A DNA stretch of 64,000 nt, from positions 26,242,628 to 26,306,627 of the forward strand of contig OZ037767.1 in assembly GCA_964035545.1 (NCBI GenBank), in the 5' to 3' direction. This DNA is from Bugula neritina. Lineage: Eukaryota; Animalia; Bryozoa. The notes beneath the pieces were generated by a model. That model was not told the DNA's origin, ran no database searches, and saw only the letters and a program-made list of their open reading frames with translations. Positions 51,901-64,000 of the stretch are shown here, in pieces; position 1 is the first letter of the stretch; the number at the start of each line of letters is the position of its first letter. A program made the position numbers and the translations under genes.

Positions 51901-54900
51901 ATCATATTTTCCACTAGCAACTATTTTACAATGTAATCAACATATGCAGCTCAAGGCACAATTTTATTATGTCAGCATTTCAATATTAGGCCAATAAAAA
52001 CAAGCATGTACATGTTCCAAGCAGTTATTGGCTGAATGAATTAAATAAACATATATTTTATTGGCTGATCTGTGTTTATATCATTATGTAAGTGTCAGGC
52101 TGTATGGTATAATTATATGCCTTGACATACTCAGTATCTATTCAAACTTGCAGCTAGTTTATAATAGAATCAGGTAGGCTGTGTTTTATTTTAAATAGCC
52201 ATCAATATCATGCATTTGCTTTGTCAGAAACTTTACTGTTACTAAAACTTTGCAGCACAAATGTTCGTCATGTTATTTAATTCACATCATAGTTATTTGA
52301 ATAAATTTTATTTCTAATCCCATTTAGTTAATCTTGTTTATTTTTCTAAGTTAAGCTTAAACCGTTTTTTCTAAAAAATTTTGTTGTTATACTTTAAATT
52401 AATCAAATTCCTTTGAAAATTTTTTGTTTAACTATAATTTATTTTTTGCAAAATATATGCATGAACATTGTTTTGCTTAGCTGGAATATATATTGTGTTA
52501 TTTTAATTAAGAAAGGCCTAAAGATTAATTATTTTTGCAAAGCATTTTGGATAAACTTGTTTGTTGTTTTAGTCAGAACCCAACACTGCGCAGCCATGGT
52601 ATTAATCCTAGGAGGACAGCGAATTGAGAAGCAGGTGTTCCAACACAAAGGCCACATTGTCAAACACCCCTCTACACGGAAGACACTAAGTGTAAGTTCA
52701 TATGTACTGTAGTCGTCTTCTACCACTTGGCTCATCTTAACTATAGAAATCTTACTGCACTACAAAGCTTCAAAGCAAAAATAACTTAAAGCAACATTAT
52801 TTGTTTTCTATTTGTTGTAAAACTGTATTTAAATAGTGAAACCTTATGCTTGCATACACGTACCACATGTTTTATTTCTAACTTATTTACGTGTATAAAG
52901 TTTATCTAATTATCTTGAGAGTTATGATTGAACTATAATGTGCTCATGAACTTCACAGGAAGTGAATGCAGCCTACAGGGAGTATCCGGAAGAAATAATG
53001 GATCGCAATGTTCTGTACGCTACTCAAGAGGAGTTTGTGGTGATTGATGAGGGATATAGAGGTATGCGTATATAATAATGTTTAATAACCATACAATAAT
53101 GTATATTATTATAGAAAATAGCCATATTATAATGCATACGTTAGTGCATTTTTATATTGGGCTAGCTATCAGTATAATTACTACTTATATTCATTGTGAT
53201 TATTCACAATTATTTTGTTCTATACAAAATTATTGCAATATACACACTATTGGTTTGTCAAAACATCAGAGCCTATATGTTGTCAACAATTGGCAGTATA
53301 TTCAAACTAAGATATAATGTATCTACAAAATTATTGTTTAGCAATAACTCCCAACTTTTAGTGCAACTTATTGATTCAGCTGCGCATAGCAGTAGCTAAT
53401 AATAATACACAATGAAAGTCAGCAGTAATTAGTATGAGCTCTATTATCAGCATGAGCACCAAATTTATGATAAAACATAATTTTTGAACATGAAACACAC
53501 AAACAGTCTGTAGATGATAGCTAAGATATATATGAATATTTTAATACTGAATGAATGAGATGTGTATATCAGAGACCATTTCAGCCTCTGGGTTTCTTTA
53601 TTAAATATTATTCTGTCACAGCACTACTTTGTGTAAAGCCTATTTAAAGCTATTTTTATATGTATTGCTTCATACTACTTTTATTATTGACAGGGTCTAT
53701 ACAGTACATAGCTACAGATGAGGCCACCACCTGCCATATTGTTATCTTTGTTCAACCAGGACCAGTGACTATGTTCTACTCACTCAACCTGTATGTGTTA
53801 TGTCACATAATCGTATATTAATTTAATTATTTTAAATGATTAAAACTAAAATGTGCAACTTTCTACCATAAAGTGTTTGCTGGTGAATTAATACTGGGGG
53901 TATTTGTTTGGCATTACATTATATACTGTAAGAAATAAACTTTACATACGCACTAATGAGATGTCCACTTGTAACGCATAGCATTTATTTATTTATTGTA
54001 ATGCACTACATTTATCTAGAGATCAATTAGCATTTTAAACTTTGCTCTGTTAGCTCTCAAGGTTTTTGGACTTGGACATTTTGATGGGAAGAAGAAATCA
54101 GATCAGGAAGAGTCTAATACTAACCAAGGAATCACTTCCATGCTGGATGCTATAGACGCTCGCTGTGGAACATCTGGCTCTGCAATCTGAAATCAGTTTA
54201 TATAGTATTACTGTGATTGCAGCCAATAAAATTAATGAATGTTGAAGTTATCGCTTTTTGAAGTTTGTATGAAAGCAAAGTTCTTAAAACCAAATGTGGG
54301 ACCTCATTTTTTAAGTGGAAGTATAAACACATTTGCAGTTAATTATTAGCTTTGAACTTTAAACTCAGTTATAGTCTATGAATTATGTTAAGCATAAACT
54401 GTTAATGTTGCATATGAGATACCTGACTGTATGTAAGTAAGCATAGTTTTTATGTTCTGTAGCTATGATCTTTATATGTTTGGTGGATTTGCTGACCCAA
54501 TGGGAACATCCGCTAGAGTTTCAGCTGAACTCTCAAGTAACTGCATGTATGAATCTATTAAAGTCGTATGCCTATTGTACCTGCACTTCATTTTTAAAAA
54601 AAGTACACAAAGGTTTAGAGCATAGACAACAATACCTAACCTAAATAATACATATATATTTTTGGCTACTAATTTGAAGGTATTGAGTGACATTTTATGG
54701 TTCATTGGCTAGCAAGCTTACAGGTAGAGCAGTTGTTTGCCTTGAAATATTGTTAGTCTACAAAGTTATTTTCTTTTCAATTCTTATTTGTTATCATTAG
54801 CTTTTTTCTATAAAATAATTTTCATTAATATATGGTTTATAATGCATTATATTTACACTTAAATGTGCTGTTTATATTATTATTTTTAAATTATTATTCA

Positions 54901-56216
54901 ATGTAGAGGCGATACATAATGCACCTCAGCAAATCAATACTAAAGCCATGGTGGTTGATGATGAGAACACTTATATTGAGTATGGAGTCCTACAGAACAG
55001 TTTACTTGTCAGACTGCATGCAAAGTTGATGTGAGTGTGTGGACAAATCATAAAGAATGTCGTACTTTGAATTGCATTTCACTTTGCAATAAATTGCATT
55101 GCATTTCATAGAATTAACAACGTTTACAAGATTAGAACGAGTTTTGAGATTATCTATATATTAATGTTGCACTACTCACTGCATTAAATATAATGTAAAA
55201 GCCACTATGGGTGCATGTACAAAAAGCATGTATATATACTATATTAACAACATATACATGTATACTCCAATATTGTAGCTGTCAGGTTTGTACCTTATTC
55301 CCCATACTTTTTCATTTTACGAGCCAAAGTTACAGCAACTGGAAAAGAACCAATTCAACCAGGTAAGATGGCTCGACTTTTCACTGACGTTGGAACGGTA
55401 AATGGAAACTTATGTTTCGCTAGCTTTTCTTTTATAAGATGTCTTTTTAAATTGAAATAATTAGACGGCAGTTAGTTGTATCATCTTTAAAGTTCTGGTA
55501 GCTTGAAGCATAAACTATATGCTGTTTTTGAATCAACAGGTTTAAGGAAGTAAAAGTAATCTTATTAGTAAAAGCCTTATAGACTTTGTTTGTGCTTCCA
55601 TAGATTTAGTACAAATAGAGAGAAATATTGAATTTAAAGGCCTAAAGTTACACGTTGAATGATCTTAGATAGTAAAACTTATACCTGTTGATTTTGATTT
55701 CTAATTTAAAGTAAGTGTTATTTTTTCTTTCATTTAGATCCAAAATGGTTATGATACTGAAAACATGGTTATAATGCGACCCTTTGGAGTTACATACCCA
55801 GTGGATGAGACCCAGATAGTGCAATCAGACGAGTGGATACGCAATGTAAGACTTTTCACTCTTTATAGCATTGCCAATGATTATGTACTGAATATAAATG
55901 TTCAACTCCTCATGCTGTATCTTTTAATACTTTTTTAATTGCGTGCCATTATACATGACTAGTAGGACTCTATATGTAAAAGTTGAAACACAAAGAGCAG
56001 TGTTGAAATATATTGTTTACAAAATTTTAAAATATTCTTCTTCCTTAAAAGTTAGCACATGATCAACTAGATGGATTTCAAGTTTACATAAAACTTTGTA
56101 AACTATTTAATATTTATTTAAACTTGGCTGCATCTAACATTTTTCTTTAGTTGTAACTAGTAAACACGATGCAAGTTACTAGCAATAATAAGTATAATAT
56201 TCGTAGACAGTATAGG

Positions 56217-58004
56217 CAGAGATGTAGTGGTACCCATACGGTCCCATACGCCGTATGGCCTAGAAGAAAATAGACTGTTCTAGGCCATACGCCCGTATGG
56301 GCATGTTTTTGAAACATGATAAGTGCACAGAATAGTTAGGGTATCCTCACTGAGAATATCATAAACTTCGCTCACAATCTAGTTCAAGTTTTTGTTATGT
56401 TAATGCTATGTGGGTGGCATGCGTGTTGCCTACTTGTGATTGTTTAGCCTGAGATTACACTATAAATAATAAGCAGCTATCAACATTCCATCTTCTTATC
56501 TCTACGTTATCACTGAAGCGCGAAGTGCTGTGCATTGGTGATTACCAAGGAAAAAATATTTCATTTTCAGTGTATAAATCACTAATTTGTAGAAAATCTA
56601 TGAAGGTTATTGAAAAGATCAAAAAATTTGCTATGCATAAATTTCTCAGGTTTCCGACAGTGTTTGTTCTATCCGAATACCATGCTTTCCTGCTGAGATA
56701 TTTGGCAGGGATTGAAAAATAAACTTTTCAGATAAAATTGGCCAAAAATGAGTAGATTTTTGTTTATAACGTAGCAAAAAAAATATTGAAAACTTGAAAA
56801 AGCATGTGCTCTGAGGAACAGGAAGATCTAAAACATGGTTTTAAAATTTTAATTCTAGCACAATTGAGTAAGGTTTTATTTGGCAGGGCTGAATTCTTAT
56901 AATATACCAATAATGTGGCCTCAGCAAGGCAGTAACAGCTAAAAAGTTGCCCTTATCTATTTTGTGTTGACTTGCATTTTGTCAATAAGCAATGGAATTT
57001 GAAAAAAAACCAACATGAAATCTAGAAATAAAATCAAAATGTCTTCAGGAAACAGTACCAGGTGTGTAGGAGAGGTTAATGAAAATTTATCACTGAGGTC
57101 TACAGGTATAACTATGTTCACATTTTGCTCAAAGACCTAGGGTTATTGCGATGCAATGAGGTTTTGCAAACTATACACCACCATAAGTAACCTTTCATGT
57201 TTGATTGTACTAACGTCTGGCTTTACATTTAATCATCTTCTAGGTTAACACATATTAAACCAGTAAAATTTGTTCTTTGGGGTATATTTCCTTGATGTGC
57301 CCAGTGGAAGCTCAGGGGTTTTACTTTAAAACCAAGTTAACATACTCTTCTTGGGTGTGCTTTATTGTGTGCAAGGAGGTGTGGCGGTATCACCTTATGA
57401 ATTAGACTAATACTCTAATAAACTATAAATAGGTTTTGAACCAATTTCTGCTTGCCAATGAGTTATCAATTCAAATTGCTTTTTATAAACAACCAACACA
57501 CATTTTCTGATTTGCAATCTTCCTCTGTTCTGATCTATTATTCTTTTTCTGTGCACGTCAGTGTATTAGTTATTTAAGGTTGCATTTGGAGAGCACTTGT
57601 TACCTGGATCTATCCTTCCATCTTTTTGAAATCTTCAGCAATTTTTCTGTACAGGTTGGACTTAGTGTCAGAACAAACCTAACTGCAGTTGAGTAAGACT
57701 AAATTTAAAATTACAGTCAACAGGTATGGGACAATACTGAGTATTATATAGTTTGCGGCAATGCCCAGGCGTCATGTAGCTGGTATGGTATGAAAATAAT
57801 AGCGAGGTGCACATTTCAACACAGATTTTTTTTCAGAAGAATTATAATACACAATGGCTTTAAATTGCATAAATTTGCATCAGAAGCGCTCTGAGGGCTT
57901 CGGCAGCCGGGACGCTGCCCCGGACCCCGCCGGGGGCCTTGGGCGGCCCCCTGGACCCCCGGCCTGAGAGTATGGCCTAAAATATTTTTGCCACTACATC
58001 CCTG
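56217..58004. mobile_element. Non-autonomous hAT DNA transposon
   Basis: TIRs CAGAGATGTAGTGG ... CCACTACATCCCTG; perfect 8-bp TSD AGTATAGG (56209-16, 58005-12); subterminal CCATACG/CGTATGG repeats; GC-rich block at 57895-57965. Confidence 0.88.
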
Positions 58005-58633
58005 AGTATAGGGGTACTTTTTCGAAACACTTTGTTGTAAGGAAAGGCTATTAGTCAGGAATTTAACATGCTACTATTTCTGCATTAATATGAGTTTTAG
58101 CTGGATAAAAAAAGATCAGCAATGTCAGCTATGTTATAAATAATTTAATTCCAATGCGGCTGTCTCTATAAAAACTAAAAATATTTTCTTCTGAAATGAA
58201 TCAAACTTCAGGACAAATGTGAAAATCAGAAACCAGCAAAGTTATTTTTAGAATTTTAGCTAGTTAGATTACTGTTTTATGCTTTTCTAAATTATGTGGG
58301 CTGTAAATTTTTACGTCATAAAAACTTGCAAGTAATATCTGCTACCGCAAGCTTATAGTTTTACTTATAACATTACATGCCACCATTTCACCAAAAAATA
58401 CATACCAGTACATAATTGCATTCAGCCTTAGAAAGAAAGCTGAGGAATACTCTTACTAATTATACATACTCCACCAATCTTTATGTGGCTATTATTTTCG
58501 TAATAATGTTCTTCATTTAAAATGTCATTTTATAGTTAATTTCAAACATCTCACTTATAGACACTAAATTTTATTTTCGCGATACATGGTATAAGGTTTA
58601 TACAGAGCTTTAGAACAATAAGCATTTCGTCAC

Positions 58634-61600
58634 TGTTGTATCCTGGCTAAGTGTCCACATCTGTTTTACCAATTATGTGTGAAAGGTTAATGTACTTATT
58701 TTATTAGTCATGGTTTTGAGTGCAATATTATTATGTGCTTGATTGTAAAGCAGTCAGTTGTTATAGCGAGTGCAAGCAGTGCAGAATAAACTTTTACTCT
58801 CCCTTTACACGCAATCCACATTGTTACAATGGCGACGAGAATATAAACTATATTACTTATAACTGGAATATTACTACTCTGGGCAATTTCTAACCATGGC
58901 TGTCTCTCTGGACACTAGTACAAGCAACGTGAGGACTTTTTCTGTGTCTACAGATCCCCTGACTGTTGGATCGAGGTGGAAGAAGTGGAAGAGGGCGTTT
59001 GAGTACTTTGTTGTAGGGAGAGGGGTTACAAATGCTGCTCAGAAAAAGGCACTGCTATATTAAACATGGCTGGCGAAGAAGTGCAAGACATATTTGAAGT
59101 ACTGCCAGCTGGAGAGGGTGCTAATGAATATGCCAGGGCTATGGCAGCACTAGATACTCACTTTACACCCAAGACGAACATTCCCTATGAAAGGTCAGTT
59201 TTTTGTGGAACAGAGCTGACAAGTGGGGAGACAATCACAAACTACATCACAAGACTACGACAGCTTGCTATTACCTGCGAATATGACGATGTGGACAATG
59301 TAATTAGAGATCAGGTAATTGAAAAATGTAAGTCTAGTCATCTACGTAGGAAATTACTAGAGAGAGGCTCAGAATTGACACTGGCCCATGTAATTTCTAT
59401 TTCTCAAACGGAGGAAGCTGTCAGTATGCAAAGTGCGGACATTCACAGCTCTGGAGCTGCTGTAAATAATGTGAGGCATGGCAGAAGTAAACCACACAAG
59501 AAAGACACACATTATACGTCAAAGGAAAAGAGCTGTTTCAGGTGCAAATCTACAAGGCATGTAGCCTCTTCAGAGGAATGCCCAGCTCGCACAAAGATGT
59601 GTAGATCATGTGGCAAGAAAGGACATTTTGCCGGGGCCAAGTTTTGCAGAGGAGCTAAGGGACAGATAAACTCTATGGATAATAGTGCTAAGAAGTATAC
59701 TGCTGATACTGAGGATGATATTGAAGCCTTGTTTACTGTTAGTGACAATACTGGAGGTGAGATGTTCAACATCAATGCAGCAAGGTCAGCTAAGCTCTCA
59801 GTTCAGGTGAACAATACCAATTTATCTGTACTAATTGACTCAGGAGCTTCTAGCAATTTATTAGATAGAAATACTGCTAAATTAGTAGGCTGTGCAGTAA
59901 AACCAACAACCAAACAATTATTTGCTTATGGTAACAAATCTGCATGCTTAGACTTGATAGGTGAAACTGATGTAAATGTTTTTGTGCCTTCTACTGGTAA
60001 ATGTGTGCATGCTAAGTTTTACATATTTAATGGTACTGCTACTACATTGTTATGTAAAAGTACATCTGAGCAGTTGGGTGTGCTGAGGGTTGGTCCTGTA
60101 GGTGAGGGGGTTCACTTTGCTTCTGTGAATAATGTTGCTGATGAGCATTTAATGATGATAGCTAAACTGTCAGTGCCCACTGCAATGAGTTTTAATGAAA
60201 TTAAAAATGCTGCTGCTAAATGTTTGGAGATGGGCCAGGTTAGAAAGTCACTGATCAATGGCCTATGGTCAAACTGCCTTCCTGCATACAAAGCTGTCAT
60301 GACTGAACTAGCTGAAGTTGAAGGAGTAGTCATGAGGGGCAATAGGATTGTAATGCCTGTGTCATTAAGGTCAGTAGCAGTGGAGTTGGCTCATGAGGGT
60401 CACCAGGGTACAAGTAGGACAAAACAGTTGTTGCGTACAAAATTGTGGTGGCCAGGCATGGATCAGGACGTAGAGAGGTTTTGTAAAGGTTGCTATGAGT
60501 GCCAGCTTGTCAGTGCACCGAGCAGACCACCACCCATGTCCAGTACAAAAATGCCAGACAAGCCATGGGAACACATTGCTTGTGATTTACTGGGTCCATT
60601 ACCCAATGGAGAGAGTATTCTCGTAGTGGTTGACTATTACAGTCGTTATTTTGAAGTAGCATTTCTGAGGTCAACAGTTGCTACAAAGATAGTTGAAGCT
60701 ATTGAAACTATGTTCTGTAGATGGGGAGTTCCATCAAGTATTAGAACAGACAATGGACCACAGTTTGTTAGTCAATCATTTCAGGAATTTCTAAATGAGT
60801 ATGGTGTATTCTGGATGTCTACCACACCAATGTGGCCGGCTGCCAATGGTGAAGTGGAGAGACAAAATAGGAGCCTATTGAAAGCACTCAAGATAGCTCA
60901 CATTTCAGGCAAAGACCATAAAGCTGAGTTGAGAAAATTTCTGCTAAGTTATCGTTCAACACCACACTCTGTTACTGGTGTTTCTCCTGCAGAACTCATG
61001 TTGGGGAGAAAACTCCAAACGAAGCTTCCTTGCTTAGAGAAGTCAAACAGACTAGATGAAGAGGTACGAGACCGCCAAGCAGTTGCACAGGAGAAGAGTA
61101 AGAGTTACTTAAGTAATCAGGCTCATATGCCCAATGTCAGTGTAGGAGATGAAGTCTTGATTCGTCAGAATAAAACTGACAAGCTCAGTGCAACATATGA
61201 CCCGGAGTCTCAACAGGTTGTTAGCAAACAAGGGTCAGAGGTCGTAGTCCAGTCTAAAGAAGGTGTTGAGAAACGCAGAAATGTGTCGGATGTCAAGCCA
61301 CTGACTCCAACTTCGAGTCAGGCTATTGCTGTTACTGATAGGCCTTTGAGAAACAGGAAACCTCCTGATAGATATGGGGTCACGGTGACTCATTAAATTC
61401 TTTATTGCTTGGTAGATTAGTTTATTAGTTGTTAGTCTCATTAGTTTGTAGAGTTCATATTGCAATTTACAGGGTGACTTGACTGGTTTACTTAGTGTTC
61501 GTGTTGGTTCGGAGACTTGTGTAATCTGGACCAGTCTGATACTTGCTAGTAGTTGGTTGGCGTGTCTTGCTGGGGCTGTGTGTTGTGGCTGTGGGATTCG

Positions 61601-62056
61601 GTGGTGGCTCTGTATGTCCTTCATTGCAGGTTTGCCCTCAGCTCATTTCACACTGCTCACTGTACTTAGTTTAGTTGCTTTAGTTTGATATTATGCATTT
61701 TATGTAAATTATAGCTTTTCAAGGTTCACTGTAATTTGGCTTTACTTAGTTTATTTCAGTATTAATTTTATGGTATTATGTTTTTGGCTTACCTGAAGTT
61801 TGTTAAATTGTTATAAATTTTTATTATGCTAGTATTAAAGCTTTTTCAAGAAAGAAAGGGTTGTTGTATCCTGGCTAAGTGTCCACATCTGTTTTACCAA
61901 TTATGTGTGAAAGGTTAATGTACTTATTTTATTAGTCATGGTTTTGAGTGCAATATTATTATGTGCTTGATTGTAAAGCAGTCAGTTGTTATAGCGAGTG
62001 CAAGCAGTGCAGAATAAACTTTTACTCTCCCTTTACACGCAATCCACATTGTTACA
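58634..62056 (+). mobile_element. Gypsy (Mag-like) LTR retrotransposon lacking RT/RNase H
   Basis: 195-bp TG..CA LTRs at 58634-58828 and 61862-62056, identical by eye; TSD GTCAC; PBS TGGCGACGAG (58830-39, complementary to the tRNA-Ser(GCU) 3' end); PPT AAGAAAGAAAGGG (61848-60). Confidence 0.95.
59066..61396 (+). CDS. Gag-protease-integrase fusion polyprotein, 776 aa
   Basis: Two zinc knuckles (CFRCKSTRH..C, CRSCGKKGH..C), protease LIDSGA, integrase HHCC (AHEGH...CYEC) and DDE core (CDLLGP, TDNG, NGEVER); no YxDD RT or RNase H domain. The true Gag start is probably 58896, disconnected by a frameshift near 59056. Confidence 0.9.
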   Translation: MAGEEVQDIFEVLPAGEGANEYARAMAALDTHFTPKTNIPYERSVFCGTELTSGETITNYITRLRQLAITCEYDDVDNVIRDQVIEKCKSSHLRRKLLERGSELTLAHVISISQTEEAVSMQSADIHSSGAAVNNVRHGRSKPHKKDTHYTSKEKSCFRCKSTRHVASSEECPARTKMCRSCGKKGHFAGAKFCRGAKGQINSMDNSAKKYTADTEDDIEALFTVSDNTGGEMFNINAARSAKLSVQVNNTNLSVLIDSGASSNLLDRNTAKLVGCAVKPTTKQLFAYGNKSACLDLIGETDVNVFVPSTGKCVHAKFYIFNGTATTLLCKSTSEQLGVLRVGPVGEGVHFASVNNVADEHLMMIAKLSVPTAMSFNEIKNAAAKCLEMGQVRKSLINGLWSNCLPAYKAVMTELAEVEGVVMRGNRIVMPVSLRSVAVELAHEGHQGTSRTKQLLRTKLWWPGMDQDVERFCKGCYECQLVSAPSRPPPMSSTKMPDKPWEHIACDLLGPLPNGESILVVVDYYSRYFEVAFLRSTVATKIVEAIETMFCRWGVPSSIRTDNGPQFVSQSFQEFLNEYGVFWMSTTPMWPAANGEVERQNRSLLKALKIAHISGKDHKAELRKFLLSYRSTPHSVTGVSPAELMLGRKLQTKLPCLEKSNRLDEEVRDRQAVAQEKSKSYLSNQAHMPNVSVGDEVLIRQNKTDKLSATYDPESQQVVSKQGSEVVVQSKEGVEKRRNVSDVKPLTPTSSQAIAVTDRPLRNRKPPDRYGVTVTH

Positions 62057-63509
62057 GTCACCACTAAAAAAAATTAATTAAATTGTTAATTCAATACCAT
62101 AAGCAATCTTGTAGAACATGTCTTCAAGCCCTCCACAAGAACGAGAAGACTTTGAGAAAGCTACCCGAGAAGGCCTCGCTTTCCTTCTGAAATATGAGGA
62201 CCCCTTAACTGAGTTCTTCAACAGCCAATCAATGTACTTCATGCTGAAGGCTGATGGCACATGGGAGGAGACTACTGCTCCTTCACCTGCTACCAGGTAT
62301 GTAAGAGTTGTTACTTTGTATACGTGTTGCCATGGGTACTCAACCTATAAGTAAATAATGCTTTATTAAAGTTTTACTTTACTAACAGTTATCTTGAAAA
62401 AACATTACAAGTGCAAAAAAGTGGTGATGAGGTGTAATGCCCAATGTAGTAAGTGTACAACAATGGTTAGAAAATCTGAACATTATAAAATGTGATTTAG
62501 TTACTTGATATATTAACAACATTTTAGAATTTATTGTCGCATTTTAATGTAAAATATAAAGTAGTACAAGTATATGATATCAAAATTCTTTTGTTGGCTT
62601 TTAAAGTCTCCATGCCCATGAGAACTTTTGATAATGGGGTATTTAAGCAGACATGTTTCTATTATGGCGGAATGCTTTTTCTAACATCTAACCAATGGCC
62701 TAGTTTTCTGAGATCCGAACCACTAGTTAGCATAATATACAATATCATACCTAATTTTGAATAATATTCATAGCGTTTTTTTCTGCAGGAAAAACTAGAT
62801 GGGAAACGAATAAAATTTAGAAGGTGAACACTGGAGCACTTCTTTGAGCATTTCATCAACTTATAAAATTATGTTAAATGGATTGCATCCTATCATTCTT
62901 TGCCTAGTATATTGCTTTTGCATTAAGCATATTACAACATTGTATTCTATGTTTTTTTTCTGATGAGTCTGAATGTAAAACTACTATACTTTTGCCATAA
63001 GTTGTTTACTATTTATCAAATATAATTTGACTTTGCAACATTTTATACAATATAAAGGTGAAAATGTATGTTCATCATTTTTATAATATAAATAAAAAAT
63101 ATATATTCATTTTATTATTATGGGAATTCAATATTAAGGAAAAGATTTCCATCTACCTAGCTTGTTGGTGAACATAAAAGGCTTATTGCAAATTATTTTT
63201 CTTAAACAGACTTTAATATATAAAAACAATTTCCTAGACACATTTAACATGCCAATCTATTTCATTATTACCTTCACGGTTATTGTAAAGTTTTTACTTA
63301 ATTTTTAATTTTAAAAGAGTTAACTCTGTAGCATTATACATAGTATCCCTCATGAGTCTGTAAGTGTGACACCTTCAAGTCAATAAGCAAAATAGTAGCT
63401 ATGAGTTTAAAATGGGTCAACGTTTAATCATAACTAAATTATAACAGGCAAACTAAGAGAAAGATAAATCCTAAACCTATGATTAAACCAGAACAAAAAG
63501 TCAATATTG

Positions 63510-64000
63510 TCAGCCCTCATTCTACCAACAGAAGGGGGTGGGGTCCAATTAGACCCCAGAGGGTACGTTTCATATGCCACACAATTATTACTGTTTTGTG
63601 ACAATAAAAAAGAATATGCCTTTAGGGCTCAATCGGACCCCAGTCTAAAATGTAAATTTATCATCACTTTTAATGCATCTGTCACACGGAATTTGTTATT
63701 TTTATGGTGAACTATCGCAAATAATAGAAGATTGGCAAATGCACTGCTGCTCAGGTCCTAAGAGCTATCCTATACGTAGATAATGGGTTTGGGGTTTAAG
63801 ACCTATCTGTTGCAGGAGAGGACTACTAGAACAGTCAGAATATAGTGACACTGAATCTGTAAACCCAGGAAATCGAGAACAAGTTGATGCTAACCAGCTT
63901 CCTCTATCCAGCAATGCATTTGGTATGGAAAGAGAAAGGCAGCAGGCTGAGGAAGAAAATGGTGGACTTGGTAGGGCTAATGGCCAAGGTAGTGGTCATA
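63510..64000 (+). mobile_element. Possible piggyBac-like element left end and transposase N-terminus, running out of the window
   Basis: Homolog of 21789-22040, then diverges into TAAQVLRAIL and an acidic open frame (GLLEQSEYSDTES...). Confidence 0.3.

Larger units (their letters stand above)
52596..62798 (+). pseudogene. NTAN1 homolog copy C, probable pseudogene
   Basis: Exon homologs 52596-52691, 52959-53061, 53694-53759, 54054-about 54190, 54463-54536, 54907-about 54989, 55279-55397, 55738-55845, 62115-62296, 62789-62798. Exon 3 donor GT>GA; exon 4 donor lost, reading into TGA at 54188-90; about 32-nt deletion removes the end of exon 6 and its donor; hAT and LTR insertions in intron 8. 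Confidence 0.88.

Noticed and set aside
61235-61688. Short ORFs in the LTR element 3' region as an env-like or accessory gene
   Set aside because: Short, overlapping, without a convincing start or recognisable domain.

Overview
AT-rich, intron-containing animal (probably invertebrate) genomic DNA. It is dominated by a tandem array of two structurally unrelated asparagine amidohydrolase genes arranged head-to-head: a 15-exon type I L-asparaginase with C-terminal ankyrin repeats (ASPG/60-kDa lysophospholipase family, - strand) and a protein N-terminal asparagine amidohydrolase (NTAN1 family, + strand). The ASPG<- ->NTAN1 cassette occurs twice with intact reading frames (about 50-16615 and 22371-42101). 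There is also a third, splice-dead NTAN1 copy (52596-62798) and two exon-depleted 'ghost' NTAN1 relics (about 17230-21100 and 46990-49300), one of which keeps an intact terminal exon. The copies are mosaics, consistent with gene conversion. They differ in a GC versus GT splice donor and in C-terminal basic NLS-like tails. Mobile elements include a young Gypsy LTR element that has lost RT/RNase H in frame, a solo LTR, a Rex1-like LINE, a decayed CR1/L2-like LINE, Academ, hAT and Harbinger-type DNA elements, and a possible piggyBac-like remnant. Exon models were assembled by hand from splice sites and phases; family names come from recalled motifs, not database searches.
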